Source of the DNA: Alphaproteobacteria bacterium | GTDB lineage: Bacteria; Pseudomonadota; Alphaproteobacteria; Rickettsiales; UBA998 | Reading direction: 5' to 3' | NCBI GenBank assembly: GCA_004293935.1 | Contig: RDZH01000016.1 | Location: 2,151-66,150 of the forward strand | Length of the DNA stretch: 64,000 nt | In this document: positions 1 through 9,663 of the stretch, piece by piece | How positions within the stretch are numbered: position 1 is the stretch's first letter | Layout: every line of letters begins with the position of its first letter | Notes under the pieces: model-generated | Seen by the model: only the letters and a program-made list of their open reading frames with translations | Told to the model about the DNA's origin: nothing | Databases searched by the model: none | Made by a program: the position numbers and the translations under genes

Positions 1-602
1 CTAGCACGGGGCGCGATACTAGCTCCCCACTTCCCTTAAACGGACTTTCCTTATTGGATGTCGGATGCGGAGGTGGATTAGCATCCGAACCTCTTGCACG
101 TTTAGGGGCGCATGTTGAGGGCATTGATGCTTCCGAAGAAAATATCACCATAGCACGCATCCATGCGGAGCGCATGGGGTTAGCGATTGACTATCATGCC
201 ACCACAGCCGAAGCATGGGTTGAAAAAAGCATGTGCTATGATGCCGTGATTGCTTTGGAAATGATCGAGCATGTGGCGGATGTTCAGCTCTTACTTAGCA
301 GCTTGGTACAACTCACTAAACCTAACGGTCTTATCATTCTTAGCACGATTAATCGCACCCTTTCTTCTCTGCTTCTTGCCAAATATACCGCAGAATATAT
401 TTTGCGGTGGGTACCGCGTGGTACGCATGATTGGAATCGGTTTTTACGCCCTTCTGAGCTGATTATGCCCTTAGAAGAATTAGGATGCAGCTTGGAACAT
501 ATGTCGGGTATGCGCTATGCGCCATTAGCGCGTACATGGGAACTTGCACCCGATGCACTAAGCATGAATTATCTGATCTGTATGAAAAAAATAGATCATT
601 GA
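1..602 (+). CDS. ubiG: Ubiquinone biosynthesis O-methyltransferase UbiG, 5'-truncated by the window edge
   Basis: The frame is open from nt 3 with no upstream stop. It has the SAM motif I LDVGCGGG, plus ALEMIEHV and LSTINRT blocks typical of UbiG. The listed TTG at 54 is internal. Confidence 0.85.
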   Translation, partial: STGRDTSSPLPLNGLSLLDVGCGGGLASEPLARLGAHVEGIDASEENITIARIHAERMGLAIDYHATTAEAWVEKSMCYDAVIALEMIEHVADVQLLLSSLVQLTKPNGLIILSTINRTLSSLLLAKYTAEYILRWVPRGTHDWNRFLRPSELIMPLEELGCSLEHMSGMRYAPLARTWELAPDALSMNYLICMKKIDH

Positions 603-620
603 GTTTTTATATGCCATTGA

Positions 621-725
621 GACTTCTATATAACCCATCAAACCAACAAATTCGTCATTCCTGCGCAGGCAGGAATCCAGCAATAACAGTTGCTTATGGA
701 TACCAGCCTTCGCTGGTATGACAAG
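621..725. repeat. Family-B double-hairpin repeat, copy B1
   Basis: A conserved flank (gagacttctatataacccatcaaaccaacaaattc) precedes hairpin X (attcctgc-gcag-gcaggaat), a ~20-nt spacer and hairpin Y (ataccagc-cttc-gctggtat). Related copies lie at 5269, 21912, 22037, 52354 and 57038. Confidence 0.8.
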
Positions 726-801
726 AAATAAGAGTTATGCAAAAGTCTCGTGCCATTGTACCACAATCCACTCTAATTTATACCATATAAGGAGCTATAT
801 A

Positions 802-1080
802 ATGCAAAAAGATTCTAAAATATTTGATGATGTCGCCCGTATGATGTCTGGTGCAAGTGCCATGGTTTTTGATATGAAAGCCGAAATGGAATCCGCTATA
901 GCGCGCCACATGGAACAATTTCTTTCCAAAACTTCCCTTGTCACCCGCGAGGAATTTGAAATCGTTCGCGCTATGGCAATTCACGCACGTGAGCGCAATG
1001 AGGCATTAGAACAAGAAATTGCACAACTTAAAGAAGTGCTATCAGCAAAAACGACGCGCACTTCTAAGAAAGAAATATGA
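802..1080 (+). CDS. ubiK: UbiK/YqiC-family ubiquinone biosynthesis accessory factor
   Basis: The start is the ATG at 802, preceded by AAGGAG at 789-794. The ~92-aa protein has the IFDD..A....GA N-terminus, an SREEFE..RAMA core and a coiled-coil tail. It lies directly after ubiG. Confidence 0.75.
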   Translation: MQKDSKIFDDVARMMSGASAMVFDMKAEMESAIARHMEQFLSKTSLVTREEFEIVRAMAIHARERNEALEQEIAQLKEVLSAKTTRTSKKEI

Positions 1081-1173
1081 TTGCAGATGCAATTATTTTA
1101 TTTTATACTCTGCTCAGGCGCAGGAACGAAGCAACTCTGTTGCGTCATTATAGTTTAACATTAGTACATCATT

Positions 1174-1464
1174 ATGAAAAAAATAGTTTTTTTTGTTTTT
1201 TCTCTCCTTCTCGTAAGCGTAGCACATGATGCATCCGCACGACATGGCCACAAGAGACATCATCACCGTTGCCATGGGGATGATGATCATCACCGTCAGG
1301 GCTATGTACAATATCATTATTATACGCCTCCGCCCGCTGTGGTTTATCGTGAACATTACGTGCCTCAACCTACCTATATCGTGCCTCAACCCGTATATGT
1401 ACCACAACCACTGCATGTTCCCGTCTATCCTCTAAACAGCATCAATGTACACCTTGGATTTTAG
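1174..1464 (+). CDS. Small secreted His-rich, Pro/Tyr/Val-repeat protein (hypothetical)
   Basis: It has a signal peptide (MKKIVFFVFSLLLVSVAHDASA), a His cluster (HGHKRHHHRCHGDDDHHR) and then YVPQP/IVPQP/YVPQP repeats. Confidence 0.55.
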   Translation: MKKIVFFVFSLLLVSVAHDASARHGHKRHHHRCHGDDDHHRQGYVQYHYYTPPPAVVYREHYVPQPTYIVPQPVYVPQPLHVPVYPLNSINVHLGF

Positions 1465-1624
1465 CAGACTTATGAGAATAACTATCTCTCAACACGATGC
1501 GTAGCATCTTGTGCGGATAAAAGTTATACGAGTGAGAGTTCCGCCCGCCTCCTCCCTCACAAGCAAATGAGGGAATGCACATGAGTTATGCAGAACTCTC
1601 ACTTCGTCTTTTTGTTTTGAGGCT

Positions 1625-3286
1625 TCATCGTTCCAAATACACTTCCCCATCTTGCATATGGATCGTGATATGGCGTTGCTGCACCAAAGCAGCCTTGTGC
1701 GTGAGTAATTGCCCTTCCTCCCCCGTGACATAGGCAAAACCGCGCTTCAACACATTATGATGCGAAAGCGATTCCAGCATACGATCCACGCTATCAAACC
1801 GTTGCGATGCCATAGTCACACAACGCATGGTGCTTTGTTGCATCATACGCCTATCTGCTCGAAGCTCAAGCCGTTGGTGCGCCTGCAGTAAACGTTGCTG
1901 CATGGCACGTTGCGCTCTGCCCTCAAAATGCGTTAATTGCGTATGCAGCATCTCATAGCGATTGTTTGGGTTAAACCGCAGAAGGGATGCAGTACGTTGC
2001 TCTAAGCGTATCATACGCATCTGCACTGTTCGTTCCAATGCCCGATCAAGCCGTTCATTCCACTCATCAAGCCGTTGGCGCACCTGCATCAAGCATTGCT
2101 GCATCGCACGTTGCGCTCTGCCCTCAAGATGCCCTAATTGCGTATGCAGTATCTCATAGCGATTCTTCGGATTAAAGCGCATGAGGGATGTGGTGCGTTG
2201 CTCTAAGCGTATCATACGCATCTGCACCGTTCGCTCTAATGCCCGATCAAGCCGTTCATTCCACTCATCAAGGCGTTGCATAGGCTGTTCTAACAGGCGA
2301 TCAGGGCGTGCCAAACTACGCGTTATCCCCTCCAAAATACGCCCATGATGCATAAGCACGCGTTGCATCGCTTGCGCAATACGCCCTTGTTGTTGCTGCA
2401 CCATAAAACGCAACTCACTCGCCACAGGTACTGCCATTTCAGCGGCAGCGGTGGGAGTTGGTGCGCGACGTGATGAGGCAAAATCGATAAGGGTCGTATC
2501 GGTTTCATGCCCCACGGCAGAAATGAGCGGTATGGTTGATGCCGCCGCCGCACGTACCACCACTTCTTCATTAAAACACCACAGATCTTCAATCGATCCG
2601 CCACCACGTGCTACGATCAAGAGATCAGGGCGTGGTATTGCCCCCTTCCCGTCAATATTGTTCAATGCCTCAATCGCTGCTGCAATTTTTAGTTCTGCCC
2701 CCTTGCCTTGTACGGGTACAGGATAGATTAAGACATGGCACGGAAAACGATCCGCCAAGCGATGCAAAATATCACGTATCACCGCCCCAGTAGGCGATGT
2801 TACCACACCAATCACCCGTGGCATATAGGGTAGTGGCAATTTGCGTGCAGGGTCAAATAATCCTTCTGCTGCGAGTTTGATTTTGCGCTGCTCCAGCATT
2901 GCCATCAATGCCCCTGCGCCCGCAAGCTCCATATAATCAATCACAAGCTGATAGTTTGATTGCCCTGCATAGGTGGTCATTTTGCCCGTACAGATCACAT
3001 CCATACCCTTTTCAGGAGTCATAGGCAGTTTACTCACCACCCCCTTCCAGCATATCGCCTTCAGCACTGCTTTATCATCTTTGAGATCAAGATAAATATG
3101 CCCCGATGCCGCATGACGATTGCACCCAGAAATCTCACCGCGCACCCGTACATGCGAAAAATTACCTTCCACCACTTTTTTAAGCGCGCCCGAAAGCTCC
3201 GATACGCTGTAGGGGACTTGATTATGCTGCGGTTTCGCTGCAACTTCATCAAACAATGAGGGCTGAGATATATTAGTGCTTGTCAT
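1625..3286 (-). CDS. xseA: Exodeoxyribonuclease VII large subunit, with an internal 67-aa tandem duplication
   Basis: An N-terminal OB-fold region (VRVRGEISG), a catalytic core (IVARGGGSIEDLW, ISAVGHETD) and a helical C-terminal domain are present. The 553 aa exceed the usual length because of the duplication. Confidence 0.9.
   Translation of the reverse strand: MTSTNISQPSLFDEVAAKPQHNQVPYSVSELSGALKKVVEGNFSHVRVRGEISGCNRHAASGHIYLDLKDDKAVLKAICWKGVVSKLPMTPEKGMDVICTGKMTTYAGQSNYQLVIDYMELAGAGALMAMLEQRKIKLAAEGLFDPARKLPLPYMPRVIGVVTSPTGAVIRDILHRLADRFPCHVLIYPVPVQGKGAELKIAAAIEALNNIDGKGAIPRPDLLIVARGGGSIEDLWCFNEEVVVRAAAASTIPLISAVGHETDTTLIDFASSRRAPTPTAAAEMAVPVASELRFMVQQQQGRIAQAMQRVLMHHGRILEGITRSLARPDRLLEQPMQRLDEWNERLDRALERTVQMRMIRLEQRTTSLMRFNPKNRYEILHTQLGHLEGRAQRAMQQCLMQVRQRLDEWNERLDRALERTVQMRMIRLEQRTASLLRFNPNNRYEMLHTQLTHFEGRAQRAMQQRLLQAHQRLELRADRRMMQQSTMRCVTMASQRFDSVDRMLESLSHHNVLKRGFAYVTGEEGQLLTHKAALVQQRHITIHMQDGEVYLER
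1874..2275 (-). repeat. Intragenic 2 x 201-bp in-frame tandem duplication within xseA
   Basis: Copy 1 is 2075-2275 and copy 2 is 1874-2074. Both encode RLDEWNERLDRALERTVQMRMIRLEQRT..., and 57 of 67 residues are identical by my count. Confidence 0.9.
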
Positions 3287-3415
3287 AGCGCATGATATTA
3301 ACTATGAATCATCCGAGTTTCAATGATAATCGGTGAGACCTCTTGTTTTCTTGACGAGCGATGTGGCTTATGGTATGAATACTAGATATTTATCATATTT
3401 TAGGGTGGGCTTTTC

Positions 3416-3880
3416 ATGGACGATATAGAAAAAGGCAAGAATGATTTATTGGACTTGCGCCAAGGAAAAGTTGATGCAGAAGAATTTCTGCTAGCAATAA
3501 AAGAGGTGGCAAGTGCAAAAGAACCAAATGCACAGCAGGCGTTTGATCGTTTATTGCCGTTAGCCGAGATCCAAGCAGCGCAAATAGAAAATGTCATTGC
3601 TATGAAAAACTCTAAGGCTAGTTCTGGAGCAGAATATGAAAAAGAACAATTTGAATATTATACACCAAGTGAAAGTGCTACTGAAGAAATCATTAGTACA
3701 TTGAAAGATAGAGACAATTTCTCACCTCTTGCAAACAAGATTGCAAAATCACACCTTGGAAATTTGTTGGAATATAATATTGATCATATTAAAGCACAAG
3801 TTGAAAATGTGTTGAGCCAAGCGAAACTAGCAACAAAAAATAGATTTTCACATGATGATAATCTAGGGTTGCAACGATAA
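3416..3880 (+). CDS. Hypothetical protein (AT-rich ORFan, predicted helical, no signal peptide)
   Basis: This is a clean 154-aa ORF divergent from xseA. I recognised no family motif. The 3' two-thirds are visibly AT-richer than the neighbouring purD. Confidence 0.5.
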   Translation: MDDIEKGKNDLLDLRQGKVDAEEFLLAIKEVASAKEPNAQQAFDRLLPLAEIQAAQIENVIAMKNSKASSGAEYEKEQFEYYTPSESATEEIISTLKDRDNFSPLANKIAKSHLGNLLEYNIDHIKAQVENVLSQAKLATKNRFSHDDNLGLQR

Positions 3881-3925
3881 AATTCTAAGAATTAGTCTTT
3901 TGCACTCCAAAACCGCCTAACCATT

Positions 3926-5254
3926 ATGTCAATAGGACTAAACGCATCCATGTCAAAAAATATAAGCAAGCCTTCTTCTCTTGATCTTGCAATCCTCGTA
4001 CTCGGTAATGGCGGGCGTGAACATGCGATGGTGAAAGCCTTAGCACGCTCCCCGCATTGCGCTGCGTTATTTTGTTCGTCGGGCAATGGTGGTATTGCTG
4101 ATGATGCGGAGTGCGTGATTCTGCCCACTGCGCAAGACGTTATCGATTTTTGCGATGAAGAAGATATTGATTTAGTGATTATTGGTCCTGAGCAACCTTT
4201 GGTAGATGGCGTGAGCGATATGCTCCGCCGTGAAGGGATTTTAGTCTTTGCCCCTTCACAAGCAGCAGCGCAACTGGAAGCATCAAAATCATTCACCAAA
4301 AGCATTTGTGATGCTGCCAATATCCCGACCGCATCCTATGGCAGTTTTACGGATCGTGATGCTGCACTTGCCTATCTTGCTACACAATCCCTACCCATCG
4401 TCATTAAAGCTGATGGTTTGGCTGCAGGAAAAGGGGTGATTATTGCTCTAACAATGGATGAAGCCACTTCTACCATCCATGCGATGTTTGATGGGCAATT
4501 TGGTGCAGCAAGCAGCACCGTAGTGATCGAATCCTTCCTTGAAGGGGAAGAAATCAGCTTCTTTGCGCTCTGTGATGGCACGCGCTGTGTACCTTTTGGA
4601 TCGGCGCAAGACCATAAACGTGCTTATGATGGCGATGAAGGTCCGAATACGGGCGGTATGGGGACTTATGCTCCTGCCCCCATCATGAATGTTGAGCTTG
4701 AACGGATCATCATGAACGAGATCATGCAACCCGCAGTGGATGAAATGGCAAAGCGTGGCACGCCCTATCAGGGTATTTTATTTGCAGGACTAATGATTCA
4801 GCATAACCGCCCCATGCTGATTGAGTTCAATGCACGCCTTGGTGACCCCGAAACGCAAGTGCTATTGACACGCCTCACAACTGATTTTGCAGCACTCTGC
4901 TACCATGCCGCACTCGGCACACTCCCCGATCAGCCGATGCAGTGGGATGAACGCGCCGCCGTATGCGTGGTGATGGCAAGCAAAGGCTATCCGAACCATT
5001 ATAGCAAAGGCACAGAGATTCATAATTTAGAAATAGCGGAATCTATGGATGATGTGGTGGTCTATCATGCAGGAACGGAAGTGACAGAAGATGGGCGACT
5101 CATTGCGATAGGTGGGCGTGTGCTGGGCATCACGGCACTTGGCGCAACCGTTTTGGAAGCACAGCAACGCGCTTATGCTGCGGTGGATACCATCGACTGG
5201 AAGGAAGGCTTTTGCCGTCGTGATATTGCATGGCGGGCGATTGCGCGAGATTAA
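3926..5254 (+). CDS. purD: Phosphoribosylamine-glycine ligase
   Basis: The ILVLGNGGREHAM N-terminus, an ATP-grasp core (VIKADGLAAGKGV) and EFNARLGDPETQ are present. The true start may be the internal ATG at 3950. Confidence 0.92.
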   Translation: MSIGLNASMSKNISKPSSLDLAILVLGNGGREHAMVKALARSPHCAALFCSSGNGGIADDAECVILPTAQDVIDFCDEEDIDLVIIGPEQPLVDGVSDMLRREGILVFAPSQAAAQLEASKSFTKSICDAANIPTASYGSFTDRDAALAYLATQSLPIVIKADGLAAGKGVIIALTMDEATSTIHAMFDGQFGAASSTVVIESFLEGEEISFFALCDGTRCVPFGSAQDHKRAYDGDEGPNTGGMGTYAPAPIMNVELERIIMNEIMQPAVDEMAKRGTPYQGILFAGLMIQHNRPMLIEFNARLGDPETQVLLTRLTTDFAALCYHAALGTLPDQPMQWDERAAVCVVMASKGYPNHYSKGTEIHNLEIAESMDDVVVYHAGTEVTEDGRLIAIGGRVLGITALGATVLEAQQRAYAAVDTIDWKEGFCRRDIAWRAIARD

Positions 5255-5268
5255 TTTTTTTGCTGATT

Positions 5269-5350
5269 TTCGTCACTCTTGGCGTAAGGCAGGAGTCTAG
5301 TTAGTGCCGTTATTCTGGATGCCTGCTCTTTAAGCCAAGCATGACAGGAT
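5269..5350. repeat. Degenerate family-B repeat, copy B4
   Basis: The segment cgtcactcttggcgtaaggcaggagtc ... ctggatgcctgctctttaagccaagcatgac aligns with B3 (ggattcctgccttacgccaagaatgac), but the stems have decayed. Confidence 0.5.
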
Positions 5351-5437
5351 ACAAGGTTTATTTATACAAAACAACAATTTATTATTTTCCTCATCCAAAA
5401 CTCGGGCTTCTGTAATAAAATTGTCATAAAATAACCA

Positions 5438-5469
5438 TTGACAAGAGAGAGAGAGAGAGAGAGTATAAA
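5438..5469 (+). promoter_or_regulatory. Candidate sigma70 promoter TTGACA-N20-TATAAA, whose spacer is an (AG)10 microsatellite
   Basis: TTGACA is at 5438-5443, (AG)10 at 5444-5463 and TATAAA at 5464-5469. The site lies upstream of the lipoprotein ORF at 5493/5535. Confidence 0.5.
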
Positions 5470-5492
5470 GGAATGGTACCTTAGTTTTTTCT

Positions 5493-5969
5493 ATGACGCT
5501 AATAACGATCATAGAACAAGGGAACTACTGTGAGTTGCGTGCTTTTTATGTTCTTATTTTAAGTTTCATTGGTTTTTCTCTTGTTGCTTGCCAAGCACTA
5601 ATAGAAAAACCACCAGAACCTAACCCTCTTAAAAAACATAAGGATGATAGTATGAATTTTGAAGAAAGAACGCAATTAAATGAACAAAAAATTCAAAAAA
5701 TGTCCGATACCATCACTGATATTGTGGAATTTCCTATTCTTGCTGCCGCAGCAGCAGGTACTTCAGCCGTCAAAATAATTCAAAATGCTGTAGAAGCTAG
5801 CGCACATGCAGGAACAGCCCTCAGTGATGCTATGAGCAAACCAATCCATGCATCCGCCCAATTAGGTTCTGCTATAACTGAAAACCCACCGCAACAACCA
5901 TCTAATTATTGGCGTGAGCGCATATCTGCAGAGCAACAACGCGCCTCCGTTGCCGTACCACAGCGTTAA
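5493..5969 (+). CDS. Hypothetical lipoprotein
   Basis: A lipobox (FSLVAC) follows a hydrophobic stretch, and the rest is Ala/Ser-rich with no recognisable domain. An in-frame TTG at 5535 would give a canonical lipoprotein signal peptide, MRAFYVLILSFIGFSLVAC. Confidence 0.5.
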   Translation: MTLITIIEQGNYCELRAFYVLILSFIGFSLVACQALIEKPPEPNPLKKHKDDSMNFEERTQLNEQKIQKMSDTITDIVEFPILAAAAAGTSAVKIIQNAVEASAHAGTALSDAMSKPIHASAQLGSAITENPPQQPSNYWRERISAEQQRASVAVPQR

Positions 5970-5980
5970 GCCTATCTCAC

Positions 5981-6967
5981 TTACTCTTTTGTTGCACGCA
6001 TGGCACGGCGATAGGCAGCAACATTACGATTATGCTCGGCAAGCGTGTTCGCAAATACATGCCCGCCCTTGCCATCCGCAACAAAATAAAGCGCATCACT
6101 TACATCCGGGTGCGCCACCGCTTCAATGCTCGCTTTGCCCGGATTGCATATAGGGCTAGGCGGAAGCCCCTCAATGATATAGGTATTATATTCCGATACA
6201 TCTTCAACATCCGCACGCATCATACGCGTTTTTAGCGCGCCCGTGCGACGATAAAGCCCATAATTCGCGGTAGGGTCTGATTGCAATTTCATTTTCAAGC
6301 GCAACCGATTATGAAAAACCGCTGCAATTTTTGCGCGCTCCCCTGCCACGCCCGTTTCTTTCTCTACAATAGATGCAAGAATCAGCATCTCACGCGGGCT
6401 TTCCAATGCCACACTTGCATCACGCTTTTGCCATGCCGAATCCATAGCCGTGCGCATCGCTGCTTTCATGCTATCAACAATCTCTTGCCGTGGCATAGCG
6501 CGCACATAATGATAGGTTTCAGGAAGCAACATCCCTTCTTCAGGCGGGGTATGCACTTCACCATGCAGCAAAGGTTCTTCCCTTAATTCTTTGATAATCT
6601 GCGCATTCATCCACCCTTCAGGAAAGGTCAGAGTGCGCTTAATGACATCACCCGCCACTAATTGTTCACTGATTTGTTGCGGTGTCATGCCCGCTTCAAA
6701 GCGATATTCCCCCGCTTTATAGGACTGCACATGCTGCGCTAAGGTTGCCATTATACGGAAGGATAATGGATCAGATATAAGCCCCGCATCCGCAAGTTGC
6801 GCAATAATTTTTTGCGAAGAACTGCCCTGCGTAATCAGAATCTCGCTAGATTCCTCATAGGTAAGTGAGCGCACCCAAAAAGGCTTCACGTGCAGATGAT
6901 AGTAGGATAGTACCGCTCCACACGCAAGAATCATAGATAAGGCAAGAGCAAGGATGATACGCTTCAT
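5981..6967 (-). CDS. mltG: Endolytic murein transglycosylase MltG (YceG family)
   Basis: An N-terminal TM anchor is followed by YceG motifs (FPEGW, LASIVEKET, VFHNRL, LQSDPT, YNTY). Confidence 0.9.
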   Translation of the reverse strand: MKRIILALALSMILACGAVLSYYHLHVKPFWVRSLTYEESSEILITQGSSSQKIIAQLADAGLISDPLSFRIMATLAQHVQSYKAGEYRFEAGMTPQQISEQLVAGDVIKRTLTFPEGWMNAQIIKELREEPLLHGEVHTPPEEGMLLPETYHYVRAMPRQEIVDSMKAAMRTAMDSAWQKRDASVALESPREMLILASIVEKETGVAGERAKIAAVFHNRLRLKMKLQSDPTANYGLYRRTGALKTRMMRADVEDVSEYNTYIIEGLPPSPICNPGKASIEAVAHPDVSDALYFVADGKGGHVFANTLAEHNRNVAAYRRAMRATKE

Positions 6968-6979
6968 CCCAACACACCA

Positions 6980-8239
6980 CTAAACGCGACCAAAAATCAG
7001 CGTTGAATTCGTGCCACCAAAGCCAAAAGAATTGGACAGCACATAATTGATCGACCGTTTTTTTGCTTCATGTGGAACTAAATCTATCCCCACGCACTCA
7101 TCCGCTGGATCATTGAGGTTTAATGTCGGAGGACACACGCCATCACGCATGGCTAATAATGAGAAAATAGCTTCTACACTGCCCGCAGCACCAAGCAAAT
7201 GCCCGATCGCAGATTTGGTAGAAGACATAGAAAGTTGATGGACGGCATCACCGAATAAACGCTTCACCGCACCCAACTCAATCACATCTCCAAGCGGTGT
7301 AGATGTTCCATGCGCATTAATATAATCAATATCTTCAGGGTTCAACTTAGCTTTGGTCATCGCCATCTTCATGGAACGATAGCCACCATCCCCATCCGAT
7401 GATGGTGCGGTAATATGATACGCATCACCTGATAGACCATAACCAAGTATTTCGCCATAAATATTAGCACCGCGTGCTTTCGCATGTTCATAATCTTCAA
7501 GCACGACAATGCCTGCACCCTCACCCATCACAAAGCCATCACGCCCTTTATCCCACGGACGTGATCCTGCACTAGGATCATCATTATAGGAGGTGGAAAG
7601 CGCACGTGCTGCAATGAATCCCGCCATCGCCACGCGGCAAATAGCAGCTTCAGCACCACCCGCAACCATCACATCCGCATCGCCACGCTTAATGATTTCC
7701 GCTGCATCACCAATGGCGTGCGCGCCTGTGGAACATGCCGTTACCACGGCTTGATTAGGCCCCTTAAAGCCATTTTCAATAGAAACATGCCCTGATGCTA
7801 AATTGATTAGGCAGCTTGGAATAAAAAACGGGGTCATGCGACGCGGCCCCTTAGAAAGCAACAATTCTGTACCTTCTTCGATTTTACGCAAACCACCAAT
7901 ACCCGAACCGATCATCACACCCGTGCGGTATTGTTGTTCTTCCGTTTGCGCTACCCAACCTGAATCCCGTACTGCTTCACGGGCAGCCGCAATCGCATAA
8001 AGAATAAAATCATCGACTTTCTTGCGATCTTTCGGTGGCAAAACGTTATCAGGGTTAAACTGCCCTTCAGCTTCTCCAAAAGGAAGTTCAGCGGCAATCT
8101 GGCACGCATATTCAGTCGGATCAAAACATTGAATACGACCAAATCCTGAAGCACCCGCAAGCAAGCGACTCCAGCTATGTGGCACACCATCCGCTAATGG
8201 AGTAACTAATCCTAACCCTGTAACAACAACTCTGCGCAT
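6980..8239 (-). CDS. fabF: 3-oxoacyl-ACP synthase II
   Basis: RRVVVTGLG, the active-site ACSTGAH, and the HGTSTP and NSFGFGG motifs are present. It lies immediately downstream of acpP. Confidence 0.95.
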   Translation of the reverse strand: MRRVVVTGLGLVTPLADGVPHSWSRLLAGASGFGRIQCFDPTEYACQIAAELPFGEAEGQFNPDNVLPPKDRKKVDDFILYAIAAAREAVRDSGWVAQTEEQQYRTGVMIGSGIGGLRKIEEGTELLLSKGPRRMTPFFIPSCLINLASGHVSIENGFKGPNQAVVTACSTGAHAIGDAAEIIKRGDADVMVAGGAEAAICRVAMAGFIAARALSTSYNDDPSAGSRPWDKGRDGFVMGEGAGIVVLEDYEHAKARGANIYGEILGYGLSGDAYHITAPSSDGDGGYRSMKMAMTKAKLNPEDIDYINAHGTSTPLGDVIELGAVKRLFGDAVHQLSMSSTKSAIGHLLGAAGSVEAIFSLLAMRDGVCPPTLNLNDPADECVGIDLVPHEAKKRSINYVLSNSFGFGGTNSTLIFGRV

Positions 8240-8257
8240 CTACTTCAACCGCACCGA

Positions 8258-8494
8258 TTACTCAGCATGTTCTTCAAGGTAAGAAATTGCATCACCTACC
8301 GTTTGGATTTTTTCAGCAGCATCATCAGGAATTTCGCATCCAAATTCTTCTTCAAATGCCATCACCAATTCTACAGTATCCAAGCTATCTGCACCAAGAT
8401 CATCAATAAAATTTGCATCAGACACTACTTTTTCAGCTTCTGCACCAAGATGCTCAATAACTATTTTTTTAACGCGTTCTGCAATCGTACTCAT
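8258..8494 (-). CDS. acpP: Acyl carrier protein
   Basis: The 78-aa protein carries the [15 protein letters not shown] phosphopantetheine attachment motif. Confidence 0.97.
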   Translation of the reverse strand: MSTIAERVKKIVIEHLGAEAEKVVSDANFIDDLGADSLDTVELVMAFEEEFGCEIPDDAAEKIQTVGDAISYLEEHAE

Positions 8495-8645
8495 AATGTC
8501 TCTCCTTAAATAAAATGATATGAACGATAAAATTTCTAACCCATGGACTAGAACGATCGGACAATTTATGCAAGCATTTTTTTGTGAATTTTTGTTATTT
8601 TTTTATTTATTGCTCAAAATATCAATATAATCAATGTGTTAGCGA

Positions 8646-8864
8646 TTATTTGTGACGGTAAATAATACGTCCTTTGCTCAAATCATAGGGAGTCATCTCA
8701 ACCGTGACCTTATCCCCCGCTAACACGCGGATACGATTTTTACGCATTCTTCCTGAACTGTGCGCCAACATTTCATGACCATTATCCAATAGCACACGAA
8801 ACATAGTATTCGGCAAGATTTCTTGCACCACACCTTCAAATTCAATTAATTCTTCTTTTGGCAT
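8646..8864 (-). CDS. infA: Translation initiation factor IF-1
   Basis: The S1-like fold is highly conserved ([13 protein letters not shown]...MFRV.L.NGH..LAH.SG.MRKN.IR.L.GD.V.VE..PYDL.KGRI.YR). I chose the start at the internal Met (8864). Confidence 0.95.
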   Translation of the reverse strand: MPKEELIEFEGVVQEILPNTMFRVLLDNGHEMLAHSSGRMRKNRIRVLAGDKVTVEMTPYDLSKGRIIYRHK

Positions 8865-8928
8865 ACCTAATACTCTAAAAAGCACGAGCCGCATACATCA
8901 TCGATACGGCTCAAACTTCTCACACGCC

Positions 8929-9546
8929 CTAGCGTGAATAAAACTCGGTTACAAGGTTTGGTTCCATCACTACAGGATATGGGATTTCCATAAATGCAGG
9001 CATACGACGGAACGTAGCTTTAAGATGTTTTTCATCCATTTCAATATATTCAGGCACACGACGCTCAGCATCCTTCATTGCTTCAAGCACCATAGGAACT
9101 TGACGCGAACGCTCACGCACTTCGACAACATCACCCGCTTTCACTTGATAGCTAGAGATATTGACACGCTTGCCATTCACAAGAATATGCCCATGATTCA
9201 CGAACTGACGCGCCGCAAACACGGTAGGCACTACACCCATACGGTACACCACAGAAGCCAAACGCGACTCAAGCAACCCAACTAAATTCTCAGAAGTATC
9301 GCCCTTACGACGCACAGCTTCCTTAAATACGCGATGGAACTGCTTCTCTGAAAGATCACCATAATAACCCTTCAATTTTTGCTTAGCACGAAGCTGCAAG
9401 CCATAATCTGAGAGCTTCCTTCTGCGCGTTGCACCATGCTGACCGGGAGCATATTCACGCTTCAACACAGGGTCTTTTGCACGTCCCCAGATATTTTCAC
9501 CCATACGACGGCTCAGTTTATACTTTGCTTGTATTCGTTTTGTCAC
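8929..9546 (-). CDS. rpsD: 30S ribosomal protein S4
   Basis: The protein shows KLSRR.G..LW, SDYG.QLR.KQK, the LESRLD-type block and the S4 RNA-binding domain. Length is 205 aa. Confidence 0.97.
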   Translation of the reverse strand: MTKRIQAKYKLSRRMGENIWGRAKDPVLKREYAPGQHGATRRRKLSDYGLQLRAKQKLKGYYGDLSEKQFHRVFKEAVRRKGDTSENLVGLLESRLASVVYRMGVVPTVFAARQFVNHGHILVNGKRVNISSYQVKAGDVVEVRERSRQVPMVLEAMKDAERRVPEYIEMDEKHLKATFRRMPAFMEIPYPVVMEPNLVTEFYSR

Positions 9547-9663
9547 TGCATTATCCTTGTAGTAAATTCATTGTCCAATACACAAATGTGGAATCGCACT
9601 ATACAAACTTATACGTTCAAGTCAAGCATCTCTTTTCATTACGCTGAAAGAAAATATCATTTA

